Shown: piece by piece, positions 60,915 to 64,000 of the stretch
How the letters are laid out: each line of letters opens with the position of its first letter
How positions within the stretch are numbered: the stretch's first letter is position 1
Assembly (NCBI GenBank): GCA_045647865.1
Contig: JAZRMW010000020.1
Span: 37,915-101,914, forward strand
From: Phocaeicola sp.
GTDB lineage: Bacteria > Bacteroidota > Bacteroidia > Bacteroidales > Bacteroidaceae
Direction: 5' to 3'
DNA length: 64,000 nucleotides
The notes under the pieces: generated by a model
Database searches by the model: none
Seen by the model: the letters and a program-made list of their open reading frames with translations, nothing else
Told to the model about the DNA's origin: nothing
Position numbers and translations under genes: made by a program

Positions 60915-61952
60915 ATGAGTTATCTGATAAAACCTACAAACTATAGTCCTTTGCTTGATTTGAAACAAACGGAGCAGGGCATTAAATTAATAAAGGAGTT
61001 CTTTCAGCAGAATCTTTCCACAGAACTGCGTTTGCGGCGTGTTACAGCCCCGCTTTTCGTTCTTCAGGGAATGGGTATCAATGATGATCTTAGTGGAGTT
61101 GAGCGTGCTGTAAGTTTTCCAATCAAGGATTTGGCAGATGCACGTGCTGAGGTCGTGCATTCATTGGCAAAGTGGAAACGGTTGACACTGGCAGACTACC
61201 AGATAGAGCCGGGATACGGTATCTATACGGATATGAATGCCATCCGTGCTGATGAGAAGTTGGGTAACTTACATTCTCTTTATGTCGATCAGTGGGATTG
61301 GGAGCGTGTCATAACAGCTGAAGACCGCACAGTCGGGTTCCTTAAGAATATTGTTGAGCGCATCTATTCGGCCATGTTGCGTACCGAATTTATGGTTTGT
61401 GAGACATATCCACAAATAACACCCTTCCTTCCTGAAAAAATATTCTTCATCCATTCAGAGGAGTTACGTCAGCTTTATCCGGAGTTGACCGCCAAAGAAC
61501 GTGAAGATCGTATTACCCGTGAGCACGGGGCTGTATTCATTATAGGTATCGGTGGCAAGTTGGCTGATGGGAATCCTCATGACCTGCGTGCCCCGGACTA
61601 CGACGACTATTCTACCATGGGTGAGAATGGATTGCCCGGTCTCAATGGTGACTTGCTTATTTGGGATAGTGTCATAGACCGTGCGGTGGAACTCTCTTCT
61701 ATGGGTATCCGTGTAGATCGGGAAGCGCTTTTGCACCAATTGGAAATTTCAGGAAAGGAGGAACGGAAGGAACTCTATTTCCATCGTCGTCTGCTGGATG
61801 GAACATTGCCTCTCAGTATCGGTGGAGGTATTGGGCAGAGTCGTCTTTGTATGGTCTATTTGCGTAAGGCACATATTGGTGAGATTCAGGCCAGTATATG
61901 GCCGGATGAAATGCGGGCAGAGTGTGCACAGCATGGAATGCCTTTGATATAA
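60915..61952 (+). CDS. asnA: Aspartate--ammonia ligase
   Basis: VHSLAKWKR, YVDQWDWE, RAPDYDD, SIGGGIGQSR. Confidence 0.97.
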   Translation: MSYLIKPTNYSPLLDLKQTEQGIKLIKEFFQQNLSTELRLRRVTAPLFVLQGMGINDDLSGVERAVSFPIKDLADARAEVVHSLAKWKRLTLADYQIEPGYGIYTDMNAIRADEKLGNLHSLYVDQWDWERVITAEDRTVGFLKNIVERIYSAMLRTEFMVCETYPQITPFLPEKIFFIHSEELRQLYPELTAKEREDRITREHGAVFIIGIGGKLADGNPHDLRAPDYDDYSTMGENGLPGLNGDLLIWDSVIDRAVELSSMGIRVDREALLHQLEISGKEERKELYFHRRLLDGTLPLSIGGGIGQSRLCMVYLRKAHIGEIQASIWPDEMRAECAQHGMPLI

Positions 61953-61957
61953 GAATT

Positions 61958-62049
61958 AGTGATGAGCTACGAGTTACGAGCTACAAGTTGTTAGTCAGTA
62001 CTTATCACTCGTAGCTCATCACTCATCACTCATCGCTTGTAACTCGTAC
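61958..62049. repeat. Heptamer-based palindromic element between asnA and ung
   Basis: Perfect 17-bp arms agtgatgagctacgagt (61958-61974) / actcgtagctcatcact (62007-62023) plus extra heptamers. Confidence 0.85.
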
Positions 62050-62052
62050 ATT

Positions 62053-62715
62053 ATGAACGTAAAGATTGAAGAAAGTTGGAAACGGCAGTTGGCTGTAGAA
62101 TTTGAAAAGGACTATTTTGTACGCTTGACCCAGTTCGTTCGTCAGGAATATGCCCAAGGTGCAGTCTTTCCTCCTGGTCGTCTAATCTTCAATGCGTTCG
62201 ATCTTTGTCCATTTGATAAAGTAAAGGTTGTCATCATCGGACAAGATCCCTACCATGGTCCGGGGCAGGCACATGGACTCTGTTTTTCGGTGAATGATGG
62301 AGTGCCTTTTCCACCGTCATTGGTCAATATTTTCAAGGAGATTGAGAATGATTTGGGAACCCCTGTCCCTGCTTCCGGTAATTTGACTCGTTGGGCCAAT
62401 CAAGGAGTCTTGTTGCTTAATGCTACACTTACGGTTCGTGCCCATCAGGCAGGGAGCCATCAACGTCAAGGATGGGAAGAGTTTACGGATGCAGCCATTC
62501 GTACCCTTGCCTCCGAGCGCGAAGGATTGGTTTTTATCTTGTGGGGGGCTTATGCTCAAAAGAAAGGGGCTTTCATCGACCGTTCGCGTCATTTGGTACT
62601 TTCTTCAGCCCATCCATCGCCTCTTTCTGCATGGCATGGTTTCTTTGGGAACAAACATTTCAGTCGTACCAACGAATACCTTGTGTCACAGGGTAAAGAA
62701 CCCATTGTTTGGTAA
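62053..62715 (+). CDS. ung: Uracil-DNA glycosylase
   Basis: GQDPYH, PPSL.NI, GVLLLN, HPSPLS. Confidence 0.97.
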   Translation: MNVKIEESWKRQLAVEFEKDYFVRLTQFVRQEYAQGAVFPPGRLIFNAFDLCPFDKVKVVIIGQDPYHGPGQAHGLCFSVNDGVPFPPSLVNIFKEIENDLGTPVPASGNLTRWANQGVLLLNATLTVRAHQAGSHQRQGWEEFTDAAIRTLASEREGLVFILWGAYAQKKGAFIDRSRHLVLSSAHPSPLSAWHGFFGNKHFSRTNEYLVSQGKEPIVW

Positions 62716-62993
62716 GAGAAAGTTTGCGGACGGTTGAACTTTGAATCTTCGGAGACACAGAGTTGCTTTTAAACGGTTGGAAGATTACTAATCTTCAGGT
62801 TGTAAGAATGCATTCTTTCGCCCTGAAGAATGCAATGTTTTAAGGGAGGTTCTATAAATTAGCTTGTGAGGATTTGCTTCGGATTTTTGAGGATTTTTCT
62901 TCTCTAAAAAATCAGTTCCAAATGGCCTTTGAACCTTAAACTTTGACCTTGTTTGCAGAGCAATGCCTTCTGTGTCTGCAACTATAGTAAAGA

Positions 62994-63030
62994 TTCCGTC
63001 CCCTCGTTACAAGCACGAAGGGACGGATTT
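62994..63030. terminator. Hairpin terminator between convergent genes
   Basis: tccgtccc...gggacgga followed by tttt. Confidence 0.6.
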
Positions 63031-63120
63031 TGAACATTGAACTTTAAACCTTGAACTTTAAACTTTAAACTTTAAACCACTCGTAGCTTGTAGCTCATCA
63101 CTCCTCACTTACTCTCACTT
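63030..63120. repeat. Two abutting heptamer arrays (TT(G/A)AACT-type, then CTCGTAG/CTCATCA-type) overlapping a stop codon
   Basis: ttgaacattgaactttaaaccttgaactttaaactttaaactttaaacc followed by actcgtagcttgtagctcatcactcctcact. Confidence 0.75.
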
Positions 63121-64000
63121 TCCCGCTCTCCCGTCGTCCGTCAGGATACGTCACGATGTAGAGATACATAGCAGGCGCTTCTCCTACCTTCACCTTTGCC
63201 TTTCCATCCACAAATTGGGCTTCGCCCACCTTGATGGCATCCATGGTATAGACCTCCAGCTTCACGGCATCGGGGGCGGTGCAGTGGAGGGAAGAGGAGG
63301 TGGTGTGGATTTGTAAATCCTGTCTTGTTAGGTCTTTAATCTGTTTGGGGTTCACTACCGTGAATGTGTATGTGAATGTTGTGTCGATATTTGTCGGAGC
63401 ACTGCCATTGAGACCGCGAATGTTGTGATGTAAAGTATAATCACCCTCTTTCAGTTTTCCCAATGTCAGAGTTTTTGTTTGGTTGAATGTTGCAATACCA
63501 GGCCAATATCTATTATATGTTCCACTGGTATAGATTGTATTTCCGATTATACTGTCCACTTGTTGTTTGTAGGTGTCATTCCCTAAGAAAATTCCCAATT
63601 CAATGGCAAACTCAACTTTGTCATCTGTAGAAGGATTTTCTGGAGTTGGATAACCTTTAGTGACATTTGGTGTATAAGGATATTTACTTTCAACCTCTTT
63701 TCTATAGATACATCCATTGTTAGAGACAACGCTTTGCAATTCATCTTTACTTCCTGTTCTCATGATGGAATTATCATAAATTCCCATCTCAAGAGAACCA
63801 ATACCCTCTATCCATTTGTCTCGAGCAAGAATGATTTCTGAATCAGAATGCCAAACTCCCATAGAAAGGCATTTCCGTGAAACCCCGTCATTCAAGACAA
63901 TGGTACTGACTTCTGTCACTGCCAATACCTCATATTTGTCAATATGGAAAGTGTCTCCTACTTGCAATCCAAAGTCGAACATTTTCTTACTATTCCGATA
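63098..64000 (-). CDS. Secreted protein with T9SS-like C-terminal domain (3' part; start beyond the right edge)
   Basis: Frame open to the edge (YRNSKK-MFDFGLQVGDTF...WIEGIG); C-terminus EVYTMD...MYLYIVTYPDGRRESGKVRV. Confidence 0.75.
   Translation of the reverse strand, partial: YRNSKKMFDFGLQVGDTFHIDKYEVLAVTEVSTIVLNDGVSRKCLSMGVWHSDSEIILARDKWIEGIGSLEMGIYDNSIMRTGSKDELQSVVSNNGCIYRKEVESKYPYTPNVTKGYPTPENPSTDDKVEFAIELGIFLGNDTYKQQVDSIIGNTIYTSGTYNRYWPGIATFNQTKTLTLGKLKEGDYTLHHNIRGLNGSAPTNIDTTFTYTFTVVNPKQIKDLTRQDLQIHTTSSSLHCTAPDAVKLEVYTMDAIKVGEAQFVDGKAKVKVGEAPAMYLYIVTYPDGRRESGKVRVSEE

Noticed and set aside
61958-63120. Short repeat arrays as CRISPR
   Set aside because: Units are 7 nt and degenerate, with no constant repeat/unique spacer pattern and no cas genes

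Overview
Chromosomal window from a Bacteroidales bacterium. TAnnTTTG promoters and several T9SS C-terminal signals suggest a Prevotellaceae-like or uncultured Bacteroidaceae-like host. From left to right: partial glutamine synthetase III; a Wzy-dependent polysaccharide locus (1.6-12.7 kb) with two SGNH esterases and a convergent priming-transferase/lipocalin/Wzi unit; housekeeping genes (pgk, nth, pheS, murB); a ~21 kb accessory island (24.0-45.4 kb); then core genes (FadL-like porin, ffh, folD, tRNA-His, murF, folP, cdaA, asnA, ung) and a partial T9SS cargo gene. The best candidate for an undescribed system is the island. It is one 14-gene co-oriented cluster encoding two Hanks-type Ser/Thr kinases, a PP2C phosphatase, FHA proteins, a Zn-ribbon protein with TxxD/L motifs, a MacB/LolD-type ABC pair, a secreted TssR-like vWA protein, an OM beta-barrel, a T9SS-secreted Ig-like protein and two exported cysteine proteases (caspase-like C14, streptopain-like C10). 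It resembles the PpkA/PppA/Fha/TagST signalling module of T6SSs, but no T6SS machine is present in the window. Upstream are a tandem-duplicated HTH+operator+promoter unit and a two-domain RNA leader with complementary loops. Other notable items are a G9 tract that uncouples an esterase from a T9SS-like signal, and two families of palindromic repeats, one copy of which sits in frame inside a radical SAM gene. All family assignments come from motif recognition; no searches were run.
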